A stretch of 63,934 bases of DNA, filler included, from Conidiobolus incongruus B7586 (Eukaryota), in assembly GCA_000697335.1 (NCBI GenBank). It is 13 parts of 13 records of this genome, joined end to end, with 100 filler letters (N's around TTAATTAATTAA, not from the genome) between each part and the next. Parts side by side here need not be neighbours in the genome. Positions count along the whole stretch, not along the records: positions 10,713 to 19,851 come from JNEM01007165.1; positions 19,952 to 21,555 come from JNEM01007167.1; positions 21,656 to 22,827 come from JNEM01007168.1; positions 22,928 to 29,935 come from JNEM01007169.1; 9 more parts are not named here. One strand, 5' to 3'. The notes below the pieces were generated by a model. It had not been told where the DNA came from. It did no database searches and saw nothing but the letters and a program-made list of their open reading frames with translations. Both the position numbers and the translations under genes were made by a program. Below are positions 13,196 through 29,000 of this stretch, piece after piece (positions within the stretch are counted from its first letter, which is position 1; every line of letters starts with the position of its first letter).

Positions 13196-16100
13196 TATTA
13201 AGAGATTAGTTCTTTAAATTCTTATATATACTTTTATATAATTTAATTAACTATAAATTATATGATTAATTTATACTTATATAATTAAATTAATTATATA
13301 TATAGCATTGAATTATCTAATAAACTAGGTTCTTCTTTTTTCCTCTTAATTCTTATTATTTGTTATTTTTATACTATTTCTAAAATTAAAACTATATTCT
13401 ATTAATATTATAAGATATTAACACTACTTAATATAAATCTTAATATATTAATGACTTACTTTAATTTGAAGCTTAATTAAATTTTGTTTATATTTGTATA
13501 TTACAGCTATGTTATATTACTACATTCTATACCACACTATTATTATATTAAGTTTTCTTCTATATTATATTAGTTTAATTATTACTATATTTATATGGTA
13601 ACAATAATAAAACTATTAAAAACCTACTAGAAATTAATAACTATCTGTATTAAACTTAATTATTACTATTTTAAATCTTATTTATAATTTATTTTATTTA
13701 AATTTAACATTATATACTATAATACTACTAAAAAATGAAATACCCTTATATTATTTTAATAATGATAATAGCTTAATTACTAAACAAATCTAAAATTTTT
13801 AGTTTTTAAAAGCTTATTACCCTCTAAAAAACTTATATTAAATAACTTCTAATTAAAAAAAATATGTCTCAAAGAGTTTAAATTTAATAAACTAATTACT
13901 TTACTATAGTTAATATATTAAACTACCTCTTTAATATCTTTAAAGATAAATTAATTACTTATGATAATTTTAAAAACCTCTATAAGCTTGAAAACTACTT
14001 TAAAAATATAAAGAATTATTTTGATTTAATCTTTAAAAAAGATTTAAAGAATATCTTTAAATTAGCTACTTTTTTTAGAAAAATCTATTTATAATTGGTA
14101 GTTAACTTATTACAAGCTTAATCCTAAAGAATCTTCAAGAGGATAACTGTTTATAAAGATATAAACTTTTAAATAATTAGAAAAAACCTTTAAAAAAAGT
14201 ATTACCTAAAAAATTAAGTTTAATTAATAAAAGAAAAGCTTTTTTAACTTAAATAAAAAACTTCTACAAGATAATTAATTAAGAAATTTAATAAGATATA
14301 TTTAAACATACTAAATATTACTAAAGAAGAACAAATCTACAAATTATTATAATGTTTTAATTTTTAAATTAAACTCTAATTAGTTAGTAGGGAACACTTT
14401 AATAATATGTTTTTTTCTAATATTTGTAATATAGTAATTATAATTGATAATATCCTTTACTCTATAATTAAATCTTTTTACCTTAAGAATTAATCCTTTA
14501 AAATTTACTTTAACCTATTTAAGTTTTAAATGATAGATGTTTTTATTTTAAAACTTCATGAGAAAATTTTTAGAAAAGAAGCTAAAGCTTACTTAAGAAT
14601 AAACAAAGGTTATTATTATTGTTGAAGGACTTAAGTTAACTATAGAGTTAATAAATATCCCTTAAAGAAACAACATTTGTTTAATTTTTAATAATCCTAA
14701 CCTACCAACTATAAATCAAGCTTAAATAATATTAATATAACCTTAGAATTATTTTTTTCACAATTAGTTAGCAGATTCTAATCTAATCCACAAAAATTCT
14801 AATAGACTACTAATTTTATAAATTAAACTATATATATTAGAGAAATCCAACTAATTAAACCATTAGAAACTAGAAATATTCTAGTAACAAATTTATCTTG
14901 TAATTCTTTACCTTTAACTATTACCCTATTGTTTATGTTAATTAATTCTTTTATAAACACATTTGTTAATGTTTTAATTGATTTTAGTTATTTTAGTTAT
15001 ATTATTTCTTCTTCTATTATTATAAAGCTATCTTTACCTATTTAAAAAAATAACTTGATAATTAAATATGCTAACAACTTAATAGAATAAATATCTAGTA
15101 TTGTATCTAAATACCTATTATTACCCTTTAGCTATTCTTAATATATTAAATTCCTAGTTAACAACATTAGTTATAATTTTATACTAGGTTAAAATTAGTT
15201 TGAATACTATAGTTTTATATCTACAAATATTACCTTAAAAGGTTACAAATCTAGTTTTTTTATATTCTAAAAGAAATTAATAGAATTAATCTTAGAAAAT
15301 CTATATTACCCTATTATAAAACTATTAAATACTATACCTAACACTAATTCTATAATTGTAGGAAATAATTTTATTATTATAAGTAAAAATCAATGTAAAA
15401 AACTAATTAAAAACTTTAATAATTTATAAAGATATATATTTATTTATTATTTATCTATTAGTACTTTATTTGTTAATTTCAATGAAGTTATATCTAATAA
15501 TTACTTTCTATATAATATAATAAGTTAATTTGCTAATGTTTTTGAATTTATAGATAAATTACCTTTTAAATATAATATTAAACATAAAATTAAACTACTC
15601 CCTAGTATATAACTATACTTAAAGTTTACTTACTATTTATCTCTTGAATAATATCAAACATTAAAAGAAGAAATCTAAAAACTATTTAAAAATAAGTATA
15701 TTAGACTTTTTTCTTTACCATAAAGATTTCTAATTCTCTTTGTAAAAAAGCTAATGGTGTTTAGAGATTATATATTAATAACTATGTTTTAAACTCTAAA
15801 ACTATCAAAGATAAAATTTTATTACTAAACCTATATAATATTAAAGATAAACTACTTAAATCAATTATATTTACTAAATTAAATGTTAAGAATAGATATT
15901 ATAATATTAAAGTTGAAGAAAATTTTATCTTTTTAACTATTTTTAATACTCTTTTAAGTTACTATAAATTTACTGTTATAAACTTTTAATTGTGTAATAC
16001 CCTTATAACTTTTATTTAATTTATCAATTCCCTTTTTAATTTTATTTTTAATAACTTTATTACTATTTACTTTAATAATATCCTAATCTATTTAAAAACT

Positions 16101-18336
16101 AAAGAAAAATATATTTAACATGTTAATTAAGTTTTACAAATTATTTAACAATATAAATTACTTTTAAAACTATCAAAATATATCTTTAGTACCTCTTTTA
16201 TCTATTTTTATAGTTATATTATTTCTTCTTAAAGAATTAATATTACTTTAACTAAACTTAATAGTGTTAAAGTTTTTACTATACTTATAAACAAAAACCA
16301 ACTTATATTTATACTTAGATTATTAAATTACTTTAAAAATTTCATTGATTCTTTTGTTGAATATATTACTTTTTTTATTAATCTCTTAAAAAAAAACTTT
16401 CTTTTTGAATAAACCTTATTATATACTTTTTACATAAATGTTTTAATTTTCTATATTACTAATACTTTTACTTTATCTATCTTTAATCTAAAACTACCTA
16501 TTATTATTTTTACTAACTTTAGTTTTTTTATAATTAGTAGATAATTAACTTAGTTTAAATTTAATTTATATTTTATCCTTTAACTATAAGATAAAATAAT
16601 AAATAAAAGAAAATAGGTTAAGTTTTACTTTATAAATATTACTTTAAAACTAATAATATTCTAGTTAAGAAAAATAAAACCAGCTTTATTAAAATACCTA
16701 GTTTATAAATAAAAACTCTTTGTTTTAGTAGAAATAATTAAAAATCACTTATATTTCTTGTTTTACAACTTTTTTTTAATATTTATAGATTATAAATCAC
16801 TTATTTATTTAAATACTCAGAAATATTTATTAAGAAGATAAATTAAATAGATTAAAATTATCTAAACTTATCTTTTTTTTATTTAATATCTTTTAGGTTA
16901 ATAAAATTATATTATAGATACTTTGTTAAAAAACCTTACATACTTACCTTTTTATACTAATTGTAAAAACCCAGCAAATATTAACTTAATGATTATTAAT
17001 AAAAAAAATAAAAAATTTATTAAACTATTTTAAGACACATTATTAAATAATAATTTTTTTATTTTAGTTAAAGAAGAACTTTTTAAACTATTAGAAAACT
17101 AATTAAAATATATTAAAAGATTTAAAATTATCAATAACTTACTATATTATAATAATTGTCTATATGTTCTTAATATTCCCAAAATCCAACAAATAATATT
17201 TGATGAATACTATAACTTATTTGTTAGAGGATATTAAAACTAATTAAAGATTGTTGAGAGAATTAAAATAAAGTATTACTAACTTTCCCTAGTTATATTA
17301 ATTTAAAAATACACTAATACCTATAATATATATTAAAGAATTAAATATAATACTCAACTAAAATATAATAAATTTATTCCCCTACAAGTCTTTAATAAAA
17401 CTTAACAACAAATCCAACTTAATTTCATAGAAATTCTTAAATCAACAAATAGTTATAATAACTTACTAATTGTAATTGATTTATTTTCCAAATATGTTTA
17501 TTTTATTCCTTGTTTCAAAACTTCTACAGCTAAAGATATTATACAATTGTTATTCTTTAATATCTTTACCTACTATCAAATTCCACAAACTATTATATTT
17601 AATAGAGATATATAATTCAACCTTTAATTTTAGAAGTTACTATCTTTTTCTTTTAAAATTAACCTAGCTATATCTACTACTAATTATTACTAAATTAATA
17701 AATTTGTTGAAAAAACTATTAAAACCTTAAAGCAAATGATTAAAGTTTATATTAACACTAATCAATTAAATTAAGATACTTATATCTACCAACTCTAATA
17801 TTCATTTAACATCTTTATTAATAAATCAACAGGTTTTAGCTTTTATTTTATTAATTATAGTAGACATCTTAACTTAATAATTACTTTAAAACTTTAAATT
17901 AACTTATCTTTAGATACTGTTGAATTTTAATCTAATATCAAATATATTAATTCCCTTGTTAAATTTAACTTAGAAGAAAATTAAAGGATTATAGAATAAC
18001 AATACTTAAAGTTATTTAGAAATCCTTTTAAATACAAAATTAATATGTTTGTATATTTAGAATAATTTACCCTTAAACCTACCCTATTTAAATCTAGCTT
18101 AAATCCCAAATACTTACTATTATATTATAATCCCTATAGAATTTAATTTATTCATTTAAATTTTATAAATATTACTTTAGAATTACCTTTAACTTTAAAG
18201 ATTAACCCTACCTTTCACATATTTAAAATTAAACTATATTTTAAAGATTTTAAGATTTTTCTTAATTAATTAAAAACCTTAAAACTAGATCTAATTATTA
18301 ATTAAGATAGAAAAGAAAAATATTATGTTAATTATA
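13196..18336 (+). mobile_element. Ty3/Gypsy chromovirus family A, copy 2, interrupted in its chromodomain by a Tc1 insertion
   Basis: 5' LTR 13196-13595, PBS at 13596, internal region colinear with copy 1 up to KEKYYV at ~18311-18330. More heavily mutated than copy 1. Confidence 0.93.
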
Positions 18337-19851
18337 GACTAACCTACAAAAGTAAGTTATAGAATTAAAAATATATATATATTAATTAATAACTAAAATA
18401 ATTATATATATTAGATTACTTAAAATTATAATATATAATTAAAGTATATTATTTAATAATAAATAAACATATTTAAATATATATAGTAAACTATTAGTAA
18501 AAATATTAACCTTTAATATTTAACTAAAATAAGTTATAAATTTATAGGTTTTTGAGATAAAAGGATATATTTAACAATATATAACCATATCTTTTTCCTC
18601 TCTTTATTATTATATTATATTATATTTTACAAATATATTAAATTTTTTTTATTAGTATTATTATACTTAAATCCCTATTTAAAAAAATCTACTTATACAT
18701 TAATTACTTTTATAAAAAAAGTAAATCAACTTGTGATATTATTAGAATCACTAATGTTAGTTAATTTACTATAGTTAAAGTTGTTAAAAATAACAATAAA
18801 AAACATTTAAACTTAAACTTAAGTGAGTTAAAATTATAAATAAATATAATAAGTATATTTATAGGTTAATTAATATAAGTAAATATAATACTGCTATAGA
18901 AATATAATAAAAACTATAAGATTATACAAGAATATTAATTAGTACTAATACTATTATATGTATTTTATGTTAATATAGATACTATTTACACTTTAAGAAA
19001 AAACACCCTTAATTAAAGAAATCCTATTATAAAGTTAGGTAAGAGTTTAAATGTTGCTACTAATATTAAATTAAAATTAATTAGAGTAAAGTTATTTAAT
19101 TTAATGAAACAAAAATATATTTTAGTAAATTTAATAAAAAAGTTAGATGCTTTAAAAAAGATATAAAATTACTTTATAACTATTATATTAATTTTACCCA
19201 AAAGTATAATAGTGGGTTAATTATTGTTTAAGGATATATATTATCTTTAGTTGTAAAGTATCTTTGTAAAGTTAATAAGGGAATTAATACTAAGATAAAT
19301 TAAAGTATTTTAAACAATAAATTAAAAAAAACCATTGAATAATATAGGTTAAAAAAATCTAATATTATTGTTTAGTAAGATAATACCTTTTATTATACTA
19401 TAATTTCTATTACCAAATAGCTTAAAAATAACAAGATAATAGTTATGAAATAGCTTCTTTAATCTTTTAACTTTAATCTAATTAAATACCTTTAAGATTA
19501 ATTAAAAAAAGCTATTAAAATTTTCCCCCTAGTTAAAAATTTAAATTAACTTTAAAAATATGTTTAAGAAGTATAAAACAAGATTAACCTTTCTTAGTAT
19601 AAAAAGTTAGTTGATTCTATACCCTACAAACTTAAAGAAGTTAAAAAAGTTAAAGATAAATATACTAGGTTTTAATTTTTTTTATCATTAAAAACCTATA
19701 AATTTATAACTTACCCTAGGTAAAATTTAAAAGTTTATATTTTAGTTAATTAATAGTTAACTATCATCTTTTAATAATATATATAATTAATAAATATAAT
19801 AGATTTTAATTATTTAATTTAAATTTATTTTATTAAATATTAATTAAGTTA
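18337..19851 (+). mobile_element. Tc1-like transposon inserted at TA 18335-18336; right end in gap
   Basis: Left TIR GACTAACCTACAAAAGTAAGTTATA (family consensus starts CACT); degenerate transposase colinear with other copies. Confidence 0.9.
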
Positions 19852-19951
19852 NNNNNNNNNNNNNNNNNNNNNNNNNNNNNNNNNNNNNNNNNNNNTTAAT
19901 TAATTAANNNNNNNNNNNNNNNNNNNNNNNNNNNNNNNNNNNNNNNNNNNN

Positions 19952-20064
19952 TAAGGTAAGTTATAAATTTGTGGGTTTTTGAGATAAAGGGATATATTTA
20001 ACAATATATAACCATATCTTCTTTCTCTCTTTGCTATTATTTTATATAATATTTTACAAATATA
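19952..20064 (+). mobile_element. Tc1 5' fragment (host of the next insertion)
   Basis: Inner DR AAGGTAAGTTATAAATTTGTGGGTTTTTGAG plus 5' UTR sequence, cut at TA 20063-20064. Confidence 0.8.
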
Positions 20065-21555
20065 CACTAACCTGTAAAAGTGAGTCATAAAATCAAAAAC
20101 ACCTATATCTTTACTAATAACTTAATTAATATTTAATAAAATAAACTTAAATTAAATAATTAAAATCTATTATATTTATTAGTTATATATATCATTAAAT
20201 AATAATATTTAACTATTAATTGGTTAAAATATAAACTTTTAAATTTTACTTAAGGTGAGTTATAAATTTGTAGGTTTTTGGTGATAAAAAAAATTAAAAC
20301 TTAGTGTATCTACCTTTAACTTTTCTAACTTTTTTAAGTTTATAGGGTATAGAATCAACTAACTTCTTATACTAAAAAAAGTTAATCTTGTTTTATACTT
20401 CTTAAACATATTTTTAAAATTGATTTAAATTTTTTACTAGGGGGAAAGCTTTAATAGCTTTTTTTAACTAATCCTAAAGGTGTTTAATTAGATTAAAGTT
20501 AGGAAATTAAAAAAGCTACTTTATAACTATTATCTTGTTATTTTTAAGCTATTTGGTAGTAAAAGCTGTAGTATAGTAAAAAATATTATCTTACTAAAAA
20601 ATAACATTAGATTTATTTAACTTATATTATTCAATGGTTTTTTTCAATTTATTGTTTAAAATACTTTAATATATTTTAGTATTAATTCCCCTATTAACTT
20701 TACAAAGATACCTTATACCTAAAAACAACATATATCCCTAAACAATAATTAACCTACTATTATACTTTTAGGTAAAATTAACATAATAGTTATAAAATAA
20801 TTCTACATCTTTTTTAAAGCATCTAATTTTTTTATCAAATCTACTAAAGTATATTTTTGTTTCATTAAACTAAATAACCTTACTTTAATTAGTTTTAGTT
20901 TAACATTAGTAGCAACATTTAAACTCTTACCTAACTTTACAATAAGATTTTTTTAATTAGGGGTGTTTTTTCTTAAAGTATAAGTAGTATCTATACTAAT
21001 ATAAAACACATATAATAATATTAGTGTTAACTAATATTTTTGTATAGTTTTATAATTCCTGTTATATTTCTATAGTAGTACTATACTTACTTATATTAAC
21101 TAACCTATAGATATACTTCTTATTATATTTATTTATAATTTTAACACACTTAAGTTTAAGTTTAAATGTTTTTTTATTGTTATTCTTAACAACTTTAACT
21201 ATAGTAAACTAGCTAACATTAATAATTCTAACAATATTATAAGTTAATTTACCTTTTTTATAAAGTTAATTAATACACAAGTAGATTTTTTTAGAGAGGG
21301 ATTTAAGTATAATAATACTAATAAAAAAAATTTAGTATATTTGTAAAATATTATATAAAATAATAACAAAGAGAGAAAAAAGATATAGTTATATATTGTT
21401 AAATATATCCTTTTATCTTAAAAACTTGTAAATTTATAACTCACCTTAGTTAAATATTAAAGGTTAATATTTTTGCTAATAGTTTACTAAATATATTTAA
21501 ATATATTTATCTATTATTAAATAATATACTTTAATTATATATTATAGTTTTAAGA
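20065..21555 (-). mobile_element. Tc1-like transposon, reverse orientation, nested in the same family
   Basis: TA|CACTAACCTGTAAAAGTGAGTCATAAAATC terminus; directly colinear with 61089-62584. Confidence 0.92.
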
Positions 21556-21655
21556 NNNNNNNNNNNNNNNNNNNNNNNNNNNNNNNNNNNNNNNNNNNNT
21601 TAATTAATTAANNNNNNNNNNNNNNNNNNNNNNNNNNNNNNNNNNNNNNNNNNNN

Positions 21656-22827
21656 GATTTTTCAAATATAATATTAGTTTCAAATAAAAAAATATATACA
21701 AAATAAATAAAAAAATTAATTATTTTGAATTATATATATATATATATAAATATATAATAATTTTTTTGATAGAATAAATAATTTTTTAAAATTTGTTTGT
21801 TTAATTTAATTATGTTTAAGCTAAATAATAACCATCAAAATTGATTAATTTTAATATTAATAAAACTTACCACAAATCCTTTAAAATCATTTAAAATTTA
21901 TAAGCAGCTTTTAGTAATATAATATTATCTAAATTAATAATATATTATTAGGTAAATTATTTTAAAACCAAGAGAGAAACTATTTAAAACCTGTCAAAAT
22001 CTAAAAGAATTAATTTCAACTATCATTTTTTTAAATATTAATATAATGAAAAAATATATTAAAAAGTATTTTTTTTATTTTAGCTAGAGAATTATTAAGA
22101 TATTTTAATATTAGTCATATAACTATTTTAAATATATTAAAGTTTAAATTAAAATTAATTAATAAAAATACAAAATTGGTACTATATAATTTAACTAAAG
22201 CTTAAAAAAAACTAGAGTAATAATTACTAAATTAATCTTATTAAAATATAATTAGAAACTAAGGCTTTTATAATAAATTATTATTATTGATGAATTTTAG
22301 GTTTTTTTATATAATTTTTTACTAGAACATAAATCAAAATATTAAATAAAATTAAATCAACCCTCTTTATAAATTTCTTTAAATAAATACAATATTAATA
22401 AATAAATGTTAATTATTTTGATGACTATAATAACATATTCTATTTTTATACAGTTTTTAAAAAAAATTTAATTAATAGTATATTTTATAAATCTTTTTTA
22501 AATTAAAATATTTTTAATTGGTTTTCTTAATAAAATTGAAAAAAAACTTATTAATTTATGTAGTAATTATAGAATATATAAATCTAAAGTAATAAAAAAC
22601 TTTTTAATCAAAAATAACTAGCAAAAATTATGCTATCTAATATATTCTTTAAATTATAACTTATATAATTATAATTATATTGAGTAATTAAAAACTAGCT
22701 TAAAAGAAAGAAAATTTCTATAAAAAATTTAATTGGTTTATAAAATATTAAATTTTTATCTTTAATAATAAGAACTATTTATAAAATATTAGATTTTTAT
22801 TAAATAAATAGCAAAATATTATTAAAA
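21656..22827 (+). mobile_element. Mariner, near full length, heavily mutated; both ends in gaps
   Basis: Colinear with 56989-58298, including IIIIDE (first catalytic Asp) near 22280-22293. Confidence 0.85.
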
Positions 22828-22938
22828 NNNNNNNNNNNNNNNNNNNNNNNNNNNNNNNNNNNNNNNNNNNNTTAATTAATTAANNNNNNNNNNNNNNNNN
22901 NNNNNNNNNNNNNNNNNNNNNNNNNNNAAAGGTTTTTA

Positions 22939-23048
22939 TACTAACTTGTAAAAATAAGTTATAAAATCAAAATTACTTATATATTTATTTATATTTTAAA
23001 TAATTTTTAATTAAATAAATTTAAATTAAAATATATAATTTATTTATA
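22939..23048. mobile_element. Terminal fragment of a Tc1-related element; an inverted partner lies at ~31230-31330
   Basis: TACTAACTTGTAAAAATAAGTTATAAAATC TIR variant; its reverse complement resembles 31230-31330. Confidence 0.6.
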
Positions 23049-26000
23049 TACTAACCTATAAAAATAAGTTATAAAATCAAAAATATATATATTTTATTAA
23101 TAACTAAAATAATTATATATATTAGATAATTTAAAACTATAATATATAATTAAAGTATATTATTTAATAATAAATTAATATATTTAAATATATTTAGTAA
23201 ATTATTAGTAAAAATATTAGCCTTTAATATTTAAATAAAATAATTTAAAATTTATAGGTTTTTAAGATAAGGGGATATATTTAATAATATATAACTATAT
23301 TTTTTTTCTCTTTTTGCTATTATTTTATATAATATTTTATAGATATACTAAATTTTTTTTATTAGTATTATTATACCTAAATCTCTATCTAAAAAAATTT
23401 ATTTATATATTAATTAACTTTATAAAAAAGGTAAATCTACTTGTGATATTGTTAAAATTACTAGTTTTAGCTAATTTACTATAGTTAAGGTTGTTAAAAA
23501 TAACAATAAAGAAACATTTAAACTTAAATTTAAGTATATTAAAATTATAAATAAATATAATAAGAAGTATATTTATAAGTAAGTTAATATAGGTAAATAT
23601 AATATTACTATAAGAATATAATAAGAATTATAAAACTATATAAGAATATAAGTTAACACTAATATTATTATATATACTTTATGTTAGTATAGATATCACT
23701 TATATTTCAAGAAAAAACACTTTTAACTAAAGAAATCCTATTACAAAACTAGGTGGGAGTTTAAATATTACTATTAATATTAAACTAAAATTAATTAGAG
23801 TAAAGTTATTTAATTTAATAAAATAAAAATATACTTTAGTAATTTTAATAAAAAAATTAGATACTTTAAAAAAGATACAGAATTATTTTATAACCATTAT
23901 ATTAATTTTACCCAAAAGTACAATAGTAAGTTAATTATTGTTTGGGGATATATATTGTTTTTTGTTACAGATTTATAACTATTCTTAAAATTCCTCTAAA
24001 TTATAATAAGAATCATTCTTTTATAAATAATTAAACAATGTAACTTTCTACTAATGGTAAACTTTAGTGTAATTAGTTTATTAATCAATCTTTTTTAGTT
24101 TAACTTCCTCTATACTTTAACTCTACTCTATTAGTTTAATAAATCTAATAAGTATCTAGTATATAATAATAGTGAGGTTATTACATTCCTTTTAATTTTT
24201 ATCTAATTTAAATATTTTCTTTAATCTTGTATCTTGTTAGTTTTTGTTTTATATTCTTGTTTTTCTCTTATTTTCTGTTTTTTTTTACCTATCTTATTTT
24301 TTATTTCTTGTACCCTAGTTTAATTTTACTAGTATTATAACTTATAATCATAACTCTCTTAGAAGAATTTACTAATGTTTAAGATACAACCACTTAACAA
24401 CTTTAATTTATCATATTTAGGGATTTAATTAATAAAGATAGTAGTTTGAATAAACTTTTCTTTAGAATAAATTACTTGAACTAAGCTTATATACTTTAAA
24501 AGTTAGTGAACTAATATTATTCTCTTTTTACTCTTTAAAAACTAATTGATTTAAATTATAGTGAAACTTCTATTTAAAAAGTCTTCCACAAAAATTTAAA
24601 ATAGTTTAATGGTGAACATTCTCTACTTAAACTTAATACATACAAATTATCATTTTGAGACTATTTCTGACATTGCTAGTTTGATAAAAATAATAAAATA
24701 AGTATCACTGTCTTTTATTTAACTAATATTATAAGAGATTGATGGGACAAACATAATTAAAATAATCTTAGATTATCTTCTAGTGAATAGCTTATTAAAC
24801 ATATTACTTTTTTTAACATGTTGATTTCCTAGTTAAAATCTTTCTTCACTCTAGTTGCTAACATCCCTAAAAATTTTTTGAAATTTATTTGTATAAAATA
24901 AACTAGTTCTATTAATAGTTTTATTAATACTTTAAGATATGTTAAGATTCAGTTACCACTTATTTCAAAATATCAACATAATATTATCTTCTTAAAAGAA
25001 CTTAAATTGTATATTACTAACTTATTAGTATTTTAGATTAATATCAAACTTGATAGATTTGAAGATGTATGTAGCAAAGTATTGTTGATCAAAAACACTA
25101 TATATCTTAACTAACATTCAAATTAGACCTTAGATAATCACATATATAACTTGAAAATTACCCCTAAGTTACCTTTTACACACAACTCTAATTTTAATCA
25201 CATGATTGTTAATTCAACTTAAGTTAAAAAATCCACTTTTTATATTATACAAGGTAAAATATTAAGTCCTAAAATTAAGAATTTCTTGAAAAAATAGAAT
25301 AGATGTTTTTATTACTATCACATACATATCAATTATATCACTAAAGATTATCCTTTAAAGTATTTTAAACTTGGTAACTATGATAATAATAAATATAACA
25401 GAATAAACTCAATCTAACTATTGTTTACCAAGTATATTTTATATCCTAATAATTCACCTTATGTTAACCCTTCTTCTTTTGTTATTAAAAATAGTATTAA
25501 TAATTATGAAATTAATGTCTTGATTAATATAAGTGCTACTAAATATTTAATTAATAGTACTTTAGCTGATAAACTCTATCTACTAAAAAATTAATTCATT
25601 ACCTTTATAATATTAGCTGATAAATTTAAATATTAAAGTGATAATCTAGTTAAGAATTTTTTATCTTTATCCCTAAAACATAACAAAGATATTTCTCTAG
25701 TAAATGCTTTAATTAACTATAATATCATCTTAAGTATAGATTAAATTAAATCATATACTTTATTTACTATTGATTACTCTAATAAAAATTTATCCTTTAT
25801 ATTCTATTATAAATCTACCCCTATTACTATTACTCAAACTACTATTATTGTTTTGTAAATTCTAAACAATTCTCACTTTAATCTTCTTACCAATTATAAA
25901 TTAGCTCCTACTATTAAACTTAATTCTATTATTATATCTCATAAAATATTCACTAAATAATTACTTGCTATTAATTTTATTTCTTCTAGTATAATTTTTG

Positions 26001-29000
26001 TTAACTTAATTACACCTCAATTAAACTCTAGCAATTTTAATCTCAACTCTATATCTTTAGATAACTTATTATATAATATAGAAATGTTATATTCAGATAT
26101 TTTCCAATCTTAAAACTTACTTCCTTTAAAGAAAAATATAGTTTATAAAATCAAGTTAACTTTTAGTTTTGTTTTTATTCATCACTTGATTTATTATATA
26201 TTTACTGAAGAAAATAAATTGTTAAAAAACACCATTACCTAATTTCTAGAAAAAAGTTACATCTATCCTTCTACTTCTTTGTGGGGATTTCTTGTTTTAT
26301 TTGTTAAAAAGAAAAATAGAGGTTTAAGATTTTATGTTGATTTCTGCACCTTGAATAAAATAACCATTAAAGATTATATACCATTGCTTAACTTATTAAA
26401 ATTACACAATTAAATCCTAGGTTGTAATTATTTCACTAAGTTAAATATATAAGATAGATACTATAATATAGCTATACACCTTAATTTAATCTCTTTAACT
26501 ATATTTAATACCTGTTATAACTATTTCAAATTTACAATTCTATTATTTAAACTATACAATGCTCTTGTTATATTTACTTGTTTAATAAATACAATTTTCT
26601 TCAAAACCTAGGATATCTTTGTTATTTTATATTTTGATGATATTCTAGTTTTCTCCAAAACTTTATTAGAATATTAAAAACATATTGAGCATATCTTCTA
26701 GATCTTCTATAAACACTTGCTACCTATTAAATTATTAAAATGTTATTTTATTATTTTAGAAGTTTTATTTTATAGTTATGTTATAACTTCTGATGAAATT
26801 AAAATTAATCTAGATAAAATTAAAGCTATGTAATTTTAGCTTATCTCTGTTGATAAACATTCCCTTATGTTATTTTTAGGTATAGCAAACTATTTCAAGG
26901 ATTTTATTGATGGTTATACAGAAATCATCTTACTATTAACTAACCTACTTTGTAAATTATTTTTATAGATATAAACTCTTTTAGAATATTTTACCTGTTT
27001 AACAATTATTAATGTTGTTTATAATACCCTTGTACTCTATAGTTTTAACTTTTTATTACTAATAATTTTATTCACAAATACTTTTAGCTTTGTTATTGGT
27101 GGTTAGTTAAGTTAACCTAATTCCTCAGATTATAATCTTACTTATTTAAATTAAGTTGAGAGGAAAGTAACACTCAAATTATTAGATTTGAAACACCTTA
27201 ATCTCTGTCCTATTATATTTTATTCTTGTAAAATAACTCTTGCAGAAATAAACTACCTAGTTTATAAATAAAAACTTTTTATTATTATCAAATGCTTTAA
27301 ATACTTCTGTTATTACACACTAGGTTAATTTGTCTATATACTCATAAATTATAAATTTATTATATAGATTAATGATTAACTTTATTTATCTAAACATTAA
27401 TCTTTATAGATTAAATTCTTCTAAGAATTTAACCTACATATTTATTATATTAAAGGAAAATTTAACACTCTTGTTGATTTTATCTCTAAATATCTTGATT
27501 ATGCTTTTATTTATAATAAGTGTAAATCAGCTTGTATTAAATTAAACAATGTTTTTTTAGAATAATCTTAGTCAACTATATAAAATAATATTTAAAATAC
27601 ACTTTTTAGTGATGATTATGCTTTAGAAATCATTAACTATATTTGTAACCTAAATACTTTTACCTTAGCTTATATAAAATGTTATTCATATAATAATAAC
27701 CTATTTTATTATAATTTATATATCTACATTCTTAATGTCCTAAGCATTAAATTACAACTGTTAAACTTTTATCATAACTCTACTATTTTAGGTTATTAAG
27801 GTTAATTCTATACATACTATAAATTCTCTTGTAACTTCTACTAGCTTAATATAGAAAAAGATGTATAAAAGTACATTTGCTCTTGTAATTAATATTAAAT
27901 CAACAAACCTCTTAATCAGTTCTTTTTTGGTAATTTTAATCCATTACCTATTCCCCAAATTTATTAGTTTGATATTACTATGGATTTCACTAAAGCACCA
28001 CAAACCCTAGATAGTTTTAACTATATTTTTATCATCATAGATTATTTGACAAAAATAATACATTTTATACTAACTAATAAGAAAGCTAACTTAGAAACTA
28101 TTGCTAAATTATTTATTAAGAATATCTTTAGATATTATAAACTCCCATTAACTATCATAACAAACTATAATATAAAATTTACAAGTAAATTCTGGTCTTC
28201 ATTTATAAAATTATTAAGTTATCAACATAACCTTATAACCTTTTATTATCAATAATCTAATGGTTAATTTAAATAAGTAATTTGTGTTTTAAAAGAAGTA
28301 CTTAAATCTTACCTCAATTATGATATAGAAAATTAGGTTGAGAATTTACTTCTACTTGAATTTACTTTTAATGATTTAATTAACTTATCCACTAATATAA
28401 CATTATTTTACTTAAATTATAACCAACATCCTACTTTAGTTGTAAATATAACATCTGATATTGATACTTTATCTAATGTTATAGACTTTATAAAGTATAT
28501 ATATTCTTTATTATCTGTAGCTTAAGATTACATCTTCTCTACCTTAAATAAACAAGCTTATTATTATAATTTGAATACCTAACCCACTTTAACTTTATCT
28601 TTTAATACTTTAGTACTATTATCTTTAGATAGAATTAATCTACTTTAAGACTCTAATTAACCTACTAATAAATTATTACCTAAATAGTTAAAACCTTATT
28701 TTGTTAAAGATAAAAAACTACATCCAGATACATATAAATTAATTTTGCCTCTTAACTTACAAATTCACCTTGTTTTCTATATAAAACTATTAAAGTTATA
28801 TCAAGATCCTAGAGAATATTTTTTTAAATATATTACATACTTTTAACCTTTTCTTATTGATTTACAACACAAGATATATATTGTTGATAAAATTGTAACT
28901 TATAAGAATTATTAAAATTAAGATGAATACCTTATACACTAGCAAAGTTATCCTTCTAATAAAGTTACTTAAGTGGATAAAGAAAATATTAAATATCTTA

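Noticed and set aside
6470..28255. Short ORFs 6470, 10307, 17476 and 27980 as independent genes
   Set aside because: Stop-free remnants or off-frame pieces of mutated Gypsy elements; 27980 is an integrase fragment.
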